From: an uncultured bacterium
GTDB lineage: Bacteria > Deinococcota > Deinococci > Deinococcales > Trueperaceae
Length of the DNA: 64,000 nucleotides
Assembly: GCA_964465355.1 (NCBI GenBank)
Contig: CAYXJZ010000005.1
Span: forward strand, 5,504-69,503
Reading direction: 5' to 3'
Positions 1 through 8,120 of this stretch are shown here, piece after piece (within the stretch, counting starts at the first letter, position 1; the number at the start of each line of letters is the position of its first letter). Below the pieces are notes generated by a model that saw only the letters and a list, made by a program, of their open reading frames with translations, searched no databases and had not been told where the DNA came from. The translations under genes were made by a program, and so were the position numbers.

Positions 1-1310
1 AACTCGTCGTGCTGCACTTGCAGGGCGTCGGCCAGCAGCAGCACGTCGTCGCGTGCCTGGGCCTCGCTGGCTGTGCGCAAGGCGAAGAGCAGCTCGCCCT
101 TGGCGGCCTCATCGTCCTGCACGGCCATCAGGGCGGAGGCAAGGTCGAGGGCCGCCTGGGCGGCCGCAGAGGGGACGAGCTCGGTTTCCGTGGCCGGCGC
201 GGGGGGCAGGCGTGGCTCGCCACCCAGCAACAGGTCGAAGTAGGAGCCGCTCGGGATGAGGGAGCGCGCCCGTTGCGCCAGGTCGTCGTCGCCGAGGCGG
301 CCGGCCACCACCCAGGCGCGGTAGGCGGCGTCGTCGGCGTAGGTGGCGTCGCGGCCGGCGGCGATGCGCAGGTAGAGCTCGGCCGCCTCGGCCCAGCGGT
401 CGCGGGTCTCCAGCCAGCCGGTGGCCAGCCACATGCGGCTGGCCTGGCCGGTGGCCACCATCTGCGCCACCCCGCCGTCGATGTCACCGAGGCGAGCGCG
501 GATCAAGCCGATGCCGTAGGCGGCCGTGCTGCCGCCCAGCGCGCGGAAGGCGGCCTCGGCCTCGGCCCAGCGCTCCAGCGAGAACAGCGACCATGCCTCG
601 CCGTCCAGAGCGGCGGCATCGCCTGGCGCCTCGGCCAACCACCTGCGGAAGGCGTCCAAGGCCTCCTCGTGCCGGCCGAGCGCTCGTAGCGCCGGCCCTT
701 CGATGGACGGCGCGGCCAGGCTCCCGAGTGCCTCCATGGCCAGGCGGTTCTGCCCGCCCTGGAAGTAGTAGTTGGCCAGGCGGTAGGGATCGGGTTCCAA
801 TCGGCGAAGGGCAGAGATGGCCTCGGCCATGGGCAGGGCCGCCCGGTAGGCGGCGATGGCCTGCTGCGCGGCGCCGGTCACGCCGGCCTCGGCGGCGGCC
901 TCGGCCAACTGCGCCTGCTCGAGCCGCAGTGCTCGGTTGGCGGACCGCTCCAGAGGATCATCGAGATGCAGGGCCATGGCTCGGTCGAATGCCTGCAAGC
1001 GCAGGCCGGCTGGCTGCGCGGGATCCCTGGCCACGGTGAGGGCCGCCCGGTAGGCCAGGTAGCCATCGCCGCTCTGCGCCAGCTCGTTCATGGCGCCAAG
1101 GTCGACGTCGAGCAGGGCGCGGCGGAACTGCCCGTAGCCCAACAGGGGCTCGGCCTGGTAGGGGTCGACCGACACGGCACGCGAGATGGTCAGCGGCCAC
1201 AGCACGGCCACCGAGCCGAAGAGGACGACGGCCCCCACGATCAGCTGCACAGCGCCCCTGTTCCGGGCGATGGTCGTCCTTCGGGTGGTGGGGGTGGGCG
1301 CACGGCGCAT
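1..1310 (-). CDS. Membrane-anchored Ala/Leu-rich helical (TPR-like) repeat protein with its C-terminus beyond the left window edge. It may be the N-terminal superhelical part of a lytic-transglycosylase-type protein.
   Basis: Absent from the ORF track because no stop lies inside the window. Hand translation of the minus frame from ATG 1310..1308 gives MRRAPTPTTRRTTIARNRGAVQLIVGAVVLFGSVAVLWPL (one TM anchor), then repeat-like helices (AAYRAALPMAEAISALRRLEPDPYRLANYYFQGG, RHEEALDAFRRWLAEAPGD). The frame stays open down to base 3. The listed + ORFs here (9..689 etc.) are Gly/Arg/Pro-rich antisense artefacts. Confidence 0.6.
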   Translation of the reverse strand, partial: MRRAPTPTTRRTTIARNRGAVQLIVGAVVLFGSVAVLWPLTISRAVSVDPYQAEPLLGYGQFRRALLDVDLGAMNELAQSGDGYLAYRAALTVARDPAQPAGLRLQAFDRAMALHLDDPLERSANRALRLEQAQLAEAAAEAGVTGAAQQAIAAYRAALPMAEAISALRRLEPDPYRLANYYFQGGQNRLAMEALGSLAAPSIEGPALRALGRHEEALDAFRRWLAEAPGDAAALDGEAWSLFSLERWAEAEAAFRALGGSTAAYGIGLIRARLGDIDGGVAQMVATGQASRMWLATGWLETRDRWAEAAELYLRIAAGRDATYADDAAYRAWVVAGRLGDDDLAQRARSLIPSGSYFDLLLGGEPRLPPAPATETELVPSAAAQAALDLASALMAVQDDEAAKGELLFALRTASEAQARDDVLLLADALQVQHDE

Positions 1311-1408
1311 GCCCCCAGCCTAAGCGAGGGCGCTGAACGGGTGCTGAGTCCGGCCGACGCAGGGGTGGACCCGGCTCCCTGCCGCTGCGGACGCTGTCGC
1401 CTGAACGC

Positions 1409-1438
1409 TTGGTGTTTCTCATCAACCCGGGGTAAGAT
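1409..1438 (+). promoter_or_regulatory. Candidate sigma70-type promoter for greA (TTGGTG-N18-TAAGAT)
   Basis: TTGGTG at 1409-1414, an 18-nt spacer, then TAAGAT at 1433-1438, in an AT-richer patch about 110 nt upstream of the greA ATG. Confidence 0.25.
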
Positions 1439-1461
1439 TCGGGCACATTCGGTTCGACCGG

Positions 1462-1492
1462 GCGGCTTGCCCCCTTCGTTGGGGCAAGCCGC
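1462..1492 (+). promoter_or_regulatory. Perfect 12-bp GC-rich hairpin in the greA 5' leader (attenuator or terminator-like)
   Basis: GCGGCTTGCCCC (1462-1473), loop cttcgtt, GGGGCAAGCCGC (1481-1492), followed only by TT. It lies between the candidate promoter and the greA start at 1550. Confidence 0.35.
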
Positions 1493-1549
1493 TTCCTAGC
1501 CACGAAGAACGCTCAGCCAGGCCCACTGCGGGCCCCACGGAGGCATGCC

Positions 1550-2023
1550 ATGACGCGCATCGTTCGATTGACTCAAGAGGGATACGACCGCCTCAGGGCG
1601 ACCCTGGCGCAGGAGCACGTTCGCCTGGACGAGGCAACCCAGATCCTTCAAGGGTTGACGGGTTCCAGCGACGACTACGACGATTCCGGTCTCGAAGACG
1701 CCAAGCAGGAGAAGGCGCGCATCGAGAACCGCATCGACGACCTGGAGGACCAGCTCGCCCGCGCCGAGATCATCCAGGCCGAGGCAGGCGGCGGCCGCAT
1801 CGACCTTGGCGCCATGGTGACCCTGCGCGAGGACGGCCGCAAGGCCGACCGCCAGGTGCAGGTGGTCTCACCGGTCGAGGCCGGCGTGCTGGAGGGCGAC
1901 GTGCCCAAGGTCTCCGACGAGTCGCCGCTCGGCAAAGCCCTGATCGGGCGACGGGTCGGGGACACGGTGAAGGTGGAGGTCGGGAGCAATACCAAGGCCT
2001 ACAAGGTGGTGGCTGTCGGGTAG
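1550..2023 (+). CDS. greA: Transcription elongation factor GreA
   Basis: 157-aa ORF. It has an N-terminal coiled coil with an acidic tip (SSDDYDDSGLEDAKQEK) and a C-terminal SPLGKALIGRRVGDTVKVEV motif typical of GreA/GreB. GGAGG lies 6 nt upstream of the ATG. Confidence 0.93.
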   Translation: MTRIVRLTQEGYDRLRATLAQEHVRLDEATQILQGLTGSSDDYDDSGLEDAKQEKARIENRIDDLEDQLARAEIIQAEAGGGRIDLGAMVTLREDGRKADRQVQVVSPVEAGVLEGDVPKVSDESPLGKALIGRRVGDTVKVEVGSNTKAYKVVAVG

Positions 2024-2033
2024 GTGTTGGGGC

Positions 2034-2107
2034 GGCAGGGGGGAAGGCCGGCGGGGACGTGACGACTGGACTACGTCTGAACGTCCCCGCCGGCCTTCCC
2101 CCCTGCC
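2034..2107. repeat. 74-nt perfect hairpin A (27-bp stem, 20-nt loop), 11 nt after the greA stop
   Basis: 2034-2060 pairs without mismatch with 2081-2107. The loop is GACGACTGGACTACGTCTGA. The 36-nt core at 2053-2088 recurs inverted in hairpin B. Confidence 0.85.
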
Positions 2108-2142
2108 TTGCGAGCTCCTCCACAAGCAAGCTCCTTGTAGGC

Positions 2143-2166
2143 GCGTGCGAGCGGGCGTGCGAGCGG
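2143..2166. repeat. Tandem direct 12-mer GCGTGCGAGCGG x2 between the two hairpins
   Basis: Exact copies at 2143-2154 and 2155-2166. Confidence 0.8.
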
Positions 2167-2195
2167 CCCTGCGCGACTTCCCCTTCGATCCACAA

Positions 2196-2269
2196 GGGCG
2201 TGGGGCAGCCTCATGGGGACGTTCAGACGTAGTCCAGTCGTCACGTCCCCATGAGGCTGCCCCACGCCC
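2196..2269. repeat. 74-nt perfect hairpin B (27-bp stem, 20-nt loop) upstream of lysS
   Basis: 2196-2222 pairs without mismatch with 2243-2269. The loop TCAGACGTAGTCCAGTCGTC is the exact reverse complement of loop A. The core at 2215-2250 is the reverse complement of 2053-2088. Confidence 0.85.
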
Positions 2270-2285
2270 GCCACCCGTCACCACG

Positions 2286-2291
2286 TAGACT
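2286..2291 (+). promoter_or_regulatory. -10-like hexamer TAGACT 9 nt upstream of the lysS ATG (leaderless-type promoter)
   Basis: TAGACT-N9-ATG with no Shine-Dalgarno sequence. The same architecture is seen at galT (23996-24001). Confidence 0.4.
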
Positions 2292-2300
2292 GGGCAGGTT

Positions 2301-3794
2301 ATGTCAGAGACCTCGCTGCAGGAGCAGCGTGAACAACGCATCAAGAACCTGAGCCAGTTGCAAGAGCGCGGCTATGAGCCCTACCCGTATGCCTACCGCG
2401 CCACCGTCACTGCTGCTGCACTCCAGGCCGAGAAGGTGGGCGCGCAGCCCGGCGATGCATGGCCAGAGGAGCGGCACGTCTTCGCCGGCCGCATGATGAC
2501 CGTGCGGCGCATGGGCAAGGTGGCCTTCGCCACGCTGCAGGACGCCAGTGGGCGGTTGCAGGCCTTCTTCCAGCGCGATCGGTTGCCGGAGACCTACGCC
2601 GACCTCAAGGCCATCGACCTGGGTGACTGGTTGGAGGTGGAGGGCACGCCCTTCGTCACCAAGACCGGCGAGCTCTCCATCCTGGTGGACGGCTTCCGGC
2701 CCTTGGTGAAGTCGCTGCGACCACTGCCCGACAAGTTCCACGGCCTGACCGAGAAGGAAGCGCGCTACCGCCAGCGGCACCTCGACCTGATGACCGACCC
2801 ACAGGTGCGCCGCGCCTTCGTGCTGCGCAGCCGCGCCACCTCTTTCGTGCGCCGCTACCTGGACGACCTTGGCTTCCTCGAGGTGGAGACCCCGGTGCTG
2901 CAGGCGGTGCCGGGCGGCGCCGACGCGCGTCCCTTCCTCACGCACCACAACGCGCTCGACCACGATTTCCACCTGCGCATCAGCCTGGAGCTCTACCTCA
3001 AGCGGCTGGTGGTGGGCGGCTTCGAAGCGGTCTACGAGATCGGCAAGAACTTCCGCAACGAGGGCATCAGCTACAAGCACAACCCCGAGTACACGATGCT
3101 GGAGCTGTACTGGGCGGGCAAGGACTACCTGGACATCCTTGCGCTGGTCGAGGACCTCTACGCCAAGCTGACCACCGAGCTGCTTGGCAGCACCAAGGTG
3201 CCCTACCAGGGGCGGGTGCTCGACTTCACGCCCCCCTGGCCACGGGTGGACTACACGACGGGCCTCGCCGAACGCGCCGGCATCGACTTCGACCTGCTGG
3301 ACGAGGCCAAGCTGCGCGCCTGGACCGCGGAGCGTCACCCACGCAAGGGAGGCGACGGGCCCGCGCTGAGCGAACAGCCCTTCCACCAGCTCATCGCCAA
3401 GCTCTACGACATCTACTTGGAGCCCGATCTGGTCCAGCCCACCTTCGTCATGGACCACCCCCTGCTCATCAGCCCGCTGGCCAAGGCGCACCGCTCGCGC
3501 CCCGGCCTGGTCGAGCGCTTCGAGCCGGTGGTGGTGGGCATGGAGCTGGGCAACGCCTTCAGTGAGCTCAACGACCCCATCGACCAACGCCGCCGCTTCG
3601 AGGAGCAGATGGCCCGCCGGGAGGCCGGCGACGACGAGGCGCAGCCACTGGACGAGGAGTTCCTCGAGGCGCTGGAGTACGGCATGCCGCCTGTGGGTGG
3701 CTTAGGCCTCGGCATCGACCGCATGGCCATGCTGCTGGCCGACGTGCCGTCGATCCGGGACGTGGTGCTGTTCCCCTTGATGCGGCCGGGTTGA
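2301..3794 (+). CDS. lysS: Lysine--tRNA ligase, class II
   Basis: 497-aa ORF with an OB-fold N-domain and class II motifs ([46 protein letters not shown]). Confidence 0.97.
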   Translation: MSETSLQEQREQRIKNLSQLQERGYEPYPYAYRATVTAAALQAEKVGAQPGDAWPEERHVFAGRMMTVRRMGKVAFATLQDASGRLQAFFQRDRLPETYADLKAIDLGDWLEVEGTPFVTKTGELSILVDGFRPLVKSLRPLPDKFHGLTEKEARYRQRHLDLMTDPQVRRAFVLRSRATSFVRRYLDDLGFLEVETPVLQAVPGGADARPFLTHHNALDHDFHLRISLELYLKRLVVGGFEAVYEIGKNFRNEGISYKHNPEYTMLELYWAGKDYLDILALVEDLYAKLTTELLGSTKVPYQGRVLDFTPPWPRVDYTTGLAERAGIDFDLLDEAKLRAWTAERHPRKGGDGPALSEQPFHQLIAKLYDIYLEPDLVQPTFVMDHPLLISPLAKAHRSRPGLVERFEPVVVGMELGNAFSELNDPIDQRRRFEEQMARREAGDDEAQPLDEEFLEALEYGMPPVGGLGLGIDRMAMLLADVPSIRDVVLFPLMRPG

Positions 3795-4089
3795 CCGACG
3801 CTGCCGGGGCAGCTGACTGTGCGATCAGCTGGTGTATCCACTAGAGAGGGGCGAGATCATGACGAGTTGGGGAGCCATGATCGCCACCGATGACGGCATG
3901 CTGAAGAGGCGCGGACGCTGCTGTGGCTGCCGCGCCGAACCTTCTTGGCGGTGGGTTCACTGGATCAGCGCTCCACGAGGTTCAGCCAAGGAGTGCCATC
4001 CCTGACACCTCTTCCATGCGGCCTTGGCAGCTGCCTAGCTCGCACATGGCCGAGAGCTCGGTTGGGCTAGACTGCTTCTGTGCAGTGCA

Positions 4090-4109
4090 GATGACGCATG
4101 AGCGTCATC
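4090..4109. promoter_or_regulatory. 8-bp inverted repeat GATGACGC-atga-GCGTCATC upstream of the DUF2188-like gene
   Basis: Perfect arms at 4090-4097 and 4102-4109, 22 nt upstream of ATG 4132. Possible operator or small hairpin. Confidence 0.25.
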
Positions 4110-4131
4110 GTGGAATGGAGGTCGACGAGTC

Positions 4132-4356
4132 ATGGCGAAGAAAGGCCAACATGTGGTGCCTCGTGGGGACCAGTGGGGTGTTCGCAAGTCGGGGGCCTCG
4201 AAGGTCACGAGCTTGCATCCGACCCAGAAGTCGGCGATCGAAGCAGCACGCCAGACGGCGATCAACCAACGGGCAGAACTCTACATTCACGGCGAGGACG
4301 GCCGGATCCGCGAGCGGAACTCGTACGGTAACGACCCGCATCCGCCCAAGGGTTAA
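4132..4356 (+). CDS. Small DUF2188-like protein
   Basis: 74 aa. HVVPRGDQWGVRKSGASK ... ELYIHGEDGRIRERNSYGNDPHPPKG fits my recollection of the DUF2188 pattern. GGAGG lies upstream. G+C is visibly lower than in the flanks. Confidence 0.75.
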   Translation: MAKKGQHVVPRGDQWGVRKSGASKVTSLHPTQKSAIEAARQTAINQRAELYIHGEDGRIRERNSYGNDPHPPKG

Positions 4357-4362
4357 TGGCAC

Positions 4363-5025
4363 GTGCCTCCGTTCGATCGGTCGGTTTTCATCAACTGTCC
4401 GTTCGATGAGGCGTACGAGCCCATCCTCCAAGCGGTGGCGTTCTGTGTCGTGTTCATGGGGTTCCACCCGCGCTTAGCACCGGAAGAGGCGGACAACGCG
4501 AAGCCTCGGTTGAAGAGGATCCTGAAACTCATCAAGGGGTCGAAGTACGGAATCCATGACCTCTCAAGGTCACGGCCCGATCCTGGAACGGAGTTCGCTC
4601 GGTTGAACATGCCGTTCGAGCTAGGCTTGGACTTCGCTTGTCGAGCGTTCGCTCGGGGCCGGTGCGCCTCCAAAGCCATCCTGGTTCTAGAACATGATTC
4701 TCACGACTCGAAGCGGGCTCTATCAGACATTTCGGGATGGGATGTCAGCGCCCATGGGTCCGAGTACCAGAAAGCCGTCCGGGAAGTCAGAAGGTGGCTG
4801 GTGGCCAAGGCAGGTGCGTGTCGCGTCGGCCCAAGCAAGATCCTCAGTAGGTACGAGGACTTCCAGGCCTGGTACTGGGAGCACCAGCGGGCGACTGGTG
4901 CTTCGGATGACGACATCAAGGCGTACCCGACGGTCGAGATGATCGAGGCCATGGAGGAATGGAAGTTGGCAGAGGCATCGTCGGACTCGACCGTAGGTCG
5001 GGAAGGTATCGCCCCGCACATCTAG
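4363..5025 (+). CDS. TIR-like / nucleoside 2-deoxyribosyltransferase-like (flavodoxin-fold) protein, function unknown
   Basis: 220 aa with a GTG start 7 nt after the DUF2188 stop. It has an N-terminal strand motif SVFINCPFDEAYEP, then KYGIHDLSRSRPDPGTEFARLNMPFELGL, which resembles the D-x-GT...FELG catalytic-Glu motif of the NDT/TIR-like fold. A hand count over 100 nt gave about 58% GC. Confidence 0.65.
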   Translation: MPPFDRSVFINCPFDEAYEPILQAVAFCVVFMGFHPRLAPEEADNAKPRLKRILKLIKGSKYGIHDLSRSRPDPGTEFARLNMPFELGLDFACRAFARGRCASKAILVLEHDSHDSKRALSDISGWDVSAHGSEYQKAVREVRRWLVAKAGACRVGPSKILSRYEDFQAWYWEHQRATGASDDDIKAYPTVEMIEAMEEWKLAEASSDSTVGREGIAPHI

Positions 5026-5091
5026 GGCCTGCTACGACGTAGGACGCCGCAACCACACCTCCTACTGGGTGCGCTCAGCCGACCGCCAGGC

Positions 5092-5610
5092 TCAGGGCTG
5101 GTAGCAGTCCATCGACGCCAGCGTCGCGTTGATCCCCACCGGCCTGACCTGATAGGTGAGGCTGGCCCGGTCATCGCGGGTGGTCTCGATGCGCAGGATC
5201 AGGTTCTGGGTGGTCCGCAGGGTGGTGAGCAGCGTCCGTCCCGTATCGGCGTCTGGGCCGACCGAGGTGAGGTCGTCGAGCACCGACCAGGTGCCGGTCA
5301 CGGCGGGCTCGCCGTCGGCCCGGTAGTGCACCGTCACGCTGCCGATGGCGCCCACGTTGGTGCCGGCGCCGAAGGCCAGTCGCACGCCGTCGATCTCGCC
5401 GCCGCAGACGACGAAGAGCACACCACCGTCGGTGGACTCTGGCGCCTCGTGGGCGGTCACGTAGGCGTAGGAGATGTCCGCGTCGGTGATCAGGTCGGTG
5501 CGCTGGACGTAGGCCCATGGACCGATCATGACGGGTTGGGCGATCACCATGCCGATGGCCAGGGTCGCCAACAGCGCGACCAGCCGACGCACGCTCCTGG
5601 AGGGGGACAT
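5092..5610 (-). CDS. Small secreted or membrane-anchored protein, unknown function
   Basis: This is the C-terminal 172 codons of track ORF 5092..6651. It begins MSPSRSVRRLVALLATLAIGMVIAQP (signal or anchor). The rest of that ORF is antisense to the GH13 gene. Start chosen at ATG 5610 (TACCAT 6 nt upstream); the alternative is ATG 5628. Confidence 0.65.
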   Translation of the reverse strand: MSPSRSVRRLVALLATLAIGMVIAQPVMIGPWAYVQRTDLITDADISYAYVTAHEAPESTDGGVLFVVCGGEIDGVRLAFGAGTNVGAIGSVTVHYRADGEPAVTGTWSVLDDLTSVGPDADTGRTLLTTLRTTQNLILRIETTRDDRASLTYQVRPVGINATLASMDCYQP

Positions 5611-5691
5611 GGGCAGATGGTAGCTCATGAGAGGCCGGAGGCCAAGGTGGGGGCCGGTGGGCGGATGCGCACTCGGTATAGAGTCTCCCCC

Positions 5692-7149
5692 ATGCTCAAC
5701 GAAGTCACGACCCCCGACTGGGTCAAGCACGCCGTCTTCTACCAGGTCTTCCCCGACCGCTTCGCCAAGAGCGAGCGCGTCCCCAAGCCGGGCGGCCTCG
5801 AGGACTGGGACGCCCCGCCCACCCACCACGGCTACAAGGGCGGCGACCTGCGCGGCCTGGCGGAGCGGCTGGACCACCTGAGCGATCTCGGCATCACCGC
5901 CATCTACCTCAACCCCGTCTTCCAGTCGGCCAGCAACCACCGTTACCACACCCATGACTACTTCCGCGTCGACCCCATGCTGGGCGGTGACGACGCGCTG
6001 CGCGAGCTGCTGGACGCGGCCCACGGCCGTGGCATGAAGGTGATCCTGGACGGCGTGTTCAACCATGCAAGCCGCGGTTTCTTCCAGTTCAACGACCTGC
6101 TGGAGAACGGCGCCGCCTCGGTCTACCGTGACTGGTGGCACGTCAACGGCTTCCCCCTCGGCGCCTATGGCGAAGGTGACGGCCAGTTGCGCTACAGCGC
6201 CTGGTGGGGCATCCCGGCGCTGCCCAAGTTCAACACCGACCTGCCTGCTGTGCGCGAGTTCCTCTGGTCGGTGGGCGAGCACTGGCTGCGCTTCGGCATC
6301 GACGGCTGGCGCCTGGACGTGCCCAACGAGATCGACGACGACGAGTTCTGGCGCGAGTTCCGTCGCCGTTGCCTGGCCATCCGCCCCGACGCCTACATCG
6401 TGGGCGAGATCTGGACGGAGGCCGAGCGCTGGCTGCAGGGTGACCAGTTCGACGCGGTGATGAACTACCCGCTTGGCAAGGCTGTCATGGGCCTGGCAGG
6501 TCGCTGGGTGAACCAGGAGGAAGTGGGACGCTGCGGTTACCACCACATCCCGCACCTGGGTGCACAGGCGGCTGCGGCAGCCCTGACGCGTGAGCTGGAG
6601 CGCCATCCCCTGGCCATCACCCAAGCGCAGCTCAACCTCCTCGGCTCGCACGACACCCCTCGCCTGGCCACCATCCTGGGTGAGGACGCCAACGCCATCG
6701 AGTTGGCCACCCTGCTGCAGTTCACCCTGCCTGGGGCGCCCTGCGTCTACTACGGGGACGAGATCGGCCTCTCAGGCGGCCACGACCCGGCGTGCCGGGC
6801 TGGCATGCCGTGGGACCACCACGATCGTTGGGACCAGGCGCGTCTGACGCACCACCGTCGGCTCATCGAGCTGCGGCGCGAGCACGAGGCGTTGCGCACG
6901 GGCAGCGCGGCCTTCTTCCCAGATGGTGATGGATCGCTGGTCATGCGGCGACGCTTGGGGGCGGAGCAGGTCTGGGTGATGGTCAACGCCCAGGAGCGGG
7001 AGGCGGTCTTCGAGTTGCCGGCCGCTAGGCCGGGTGAGGCGCCACGGCTGCTGTTCGGCGAGGCCTCGGTCCAAGCCGATGGCGATCGCCTGCGCTACCG
7101 CCTGCCTGCCAGGTCGGGTTCGGTGTGGAGCGAGGCGCGCGAGGGCTGA
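5692..7149 (+). CDS. Glycoside hydrolase family 13 (alpha-amylase family; neopullulanase/cyclomaltodextrinase/alpha-glucosidase-like)
   Basis: It carries the conserved GH13 regions: DWVKHAVFYQVFPDRF, GGDLRGLAERLDHLSDLGITAIYLNPVF, VILDGVFNH, GWRLDVPNE, IVGEIW, LLGSHDTPR. The start at ATG 5692 is preceded by TAGAGT-N7. The upstream part of track ORF 5326..7149 is an artefact. Confidence 0.92.
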   Translation: MLNEVTTPDWVKHAVFYQVFPDRFAKSERVPKPGGLEDWDAPPTHHGYKGGDLRGLAERLDHLSDLGITAIYLNPVFQSASNHRYHTHDYFRVDPMLGGDDALRELLDAAHGRGMKVILDGVFNHASRGFFQFNDLLENGAASVYRDWWHVNGFPLGAYGEGDGQLRYSAWWGIPALPKFNTDLPAVREFLWSVGEHWLRFGIDGWRLDVPNEIDDDEFWREFRRRCLAIRPDAYIVGEIWTEAERWLQGDQFDAVMNYPLGKAVMGLAGRWVNQEEVGRCGYHHIPHLGAQAAAAALTRELERHPLAITQAQLNLLGSHDTPRLATILGEDANAIELATLLQFTLPGAPCVYYGDEIGLSGGHDPACRAGMPWDHHDRWDQARLTHHRRLIELRREHEALRTGSAAFFPDGDGSLVMRRRLGAEQVWVMVNAQEREAVFELPAARPGEAPRLLFGEASVQADGDRLRYRLPARSGSVWSEAREG

Positions 7150-7203
7150 GGCTCGGAGCCTACCGGCCTCGGGCCTGGCTTCGGCCGGAGGACCGCCGCG
7201 TCC

Positions 7204-7590
7204 TCAGAGCAGCCAGGCCAGCCCCACCGCCACCAAGCCGATGGCCGCAGAAGCCAGTGTGATGAGCAGCGCCTTGCGCCGGTCGGCGGCCAGCGCCTGC
7301 GGGTCGACGATGGTCTCGGTCTGGCCCACTTGGTCACCGACGTTGAACACGCCGCGCATGCCGTAGCCGGTGCAGAAGCCCAAGGCCGCCTGCAGCAGGC
7401 CCTGGGCGGCGCCGGCAGCGGGAACGAAGACCACCCAGCGTAGCCAGGTGGGTGCGCCGCCCCATAGGGCGATCACCAACAGCAGGGCCACGGTCACGGC
7501 CGTGGCGGCCCAGCCCATGCGGCGGCGGGTCTGGATCTCGGCCCGTCCGATGTTGCAGACGCCGGGTGTGTAGCTGACGGTGTTGGCCAT
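7204..7590 (-). CDS. Integral membrane protein, unknown function
   Basis: 128 aa with three predicted hydrophobic helices and conserved-looking CNIG and GFCTGYG motifs. GGAGG lies 10 nt upstream. Confidence 0.65.
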   Translation of the reverse strand: MANTVSYTPGVCNIGRAEIQTRRRMGWAATAVTVALLLVIALWGGAPTWLRWVVFVPAAGAAQGLLQAALGFCTGYGMRGVFNVGDQVGQTETIVDPQALAADRRKALLITLASAAIGLVAVGLAWLL

Positions 7591-7669
7591 CGTGGACCTG
7601 CCTCCATACCCGACGGTGGGTGGGCTTGCCCGTCGGATGGCCTCGATGCTACGACGGGGTGACCCGACC

Positions 7670-7700
7670 GGGCGTCGGCGCCGCTGCGACGCCGACGCCC
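7670..7700 (-). terminator. GC-rich hairpin downstream of glnK
   Basis: GGGCGTCGGCG (7670-7680), 9-nt loop, CGCCGACGCCC (7690-7700), about 30 nt after the glnK stop. No U-tract. Confidence 0.45.
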
Positions 7701-7731
7701 AGCCGGTGGAGGTGGAGGCCGTGGCCCTGGT

Positions 7732-8091
7732 CTAGACCCCCGCCCCCACCGGCGTCAGCGCCTCGTTGTCCGCCTCGCCGGTGCGGATGCGCACCACGTG
7801 GTCAAGCGGCTGGACGAAGATCTTGCCGTCGCCGATGTTGCCGGTGCGGGCGGACTTGACGATGGCGGCGATGGTCTTCTCCACGAAGGGCTCGGAGACC
7901 GCGATCTTGATCTCGATCTTGTCGTGGAACTCGACCAGGTACTGGCTGCCACGGTACTGCTCGGTGATGCCTGCCTGGCCGCCGTGGCCGCTCACCTTGT
8001 TGATGGTGATGCCGCGGACGCCGGCCTTGAACAAGCCTTCTTTGACTTGTGGTAGTCGCTCGGGTCGGATGATGGCGGTGATCAGCTTCAT
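7732..8091 (-). CDS. glnK: Nitrogen regulatory protein P-II
   Basis: 119 aa, beginning MKLITAIIRPERL, with a T-loop GHGGQAGITEQYRGSQY and the motif IGDGKIFV. It lies immediately downstream of amtB. Confidence 0.95.
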   Translation of the reverse strand: MKLITAIIRPERLPQVKEGLFKAGVRGITINKVSGHGGQAGITEQYRGSQYLVEFHDKIEIKIAVSEPFVEKTIAAIVKSARTGNIGDGKIFVQPLDHVVRIRTGEADNEALTPVGAGV

Positions 8092-8120
8092 GCTGGCTCC
8101 TGTGCTATCGGTCGCGAAGC

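Noticed and set aside
1441-1500. tRNA-like GGTTCGA string at 1451-1457
   Set aside because: No acceptor stem, anticodon arm or CCA context can be drawn. The region is better explained as the greA leader hairpin.
2143-2166. Possible CRISPR or minisatellite array
   Set aside because: There are only two adjacent 12-nt copies with no spacers and no further repeats. No CRISPR-like array occurs anywhere in the window.
3923-4477. 184-aa + ORF spanning the DUF2188-like gene in another frame
   Set aside because: It is Arg/Ser-rich with no SD. The 74-aa frame has a recognisable family pattern and an SD, and the following GTG-start gene accounts for the downstream part.
5629-6651. Upstream 340 codons of minus ORF 5092..6651
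   Set aside because: This part is antisense to the well-supported GH13 gene. Only the last ~172-178 codons, which have a signal anchor and protein-like composition, were kept as a gene.
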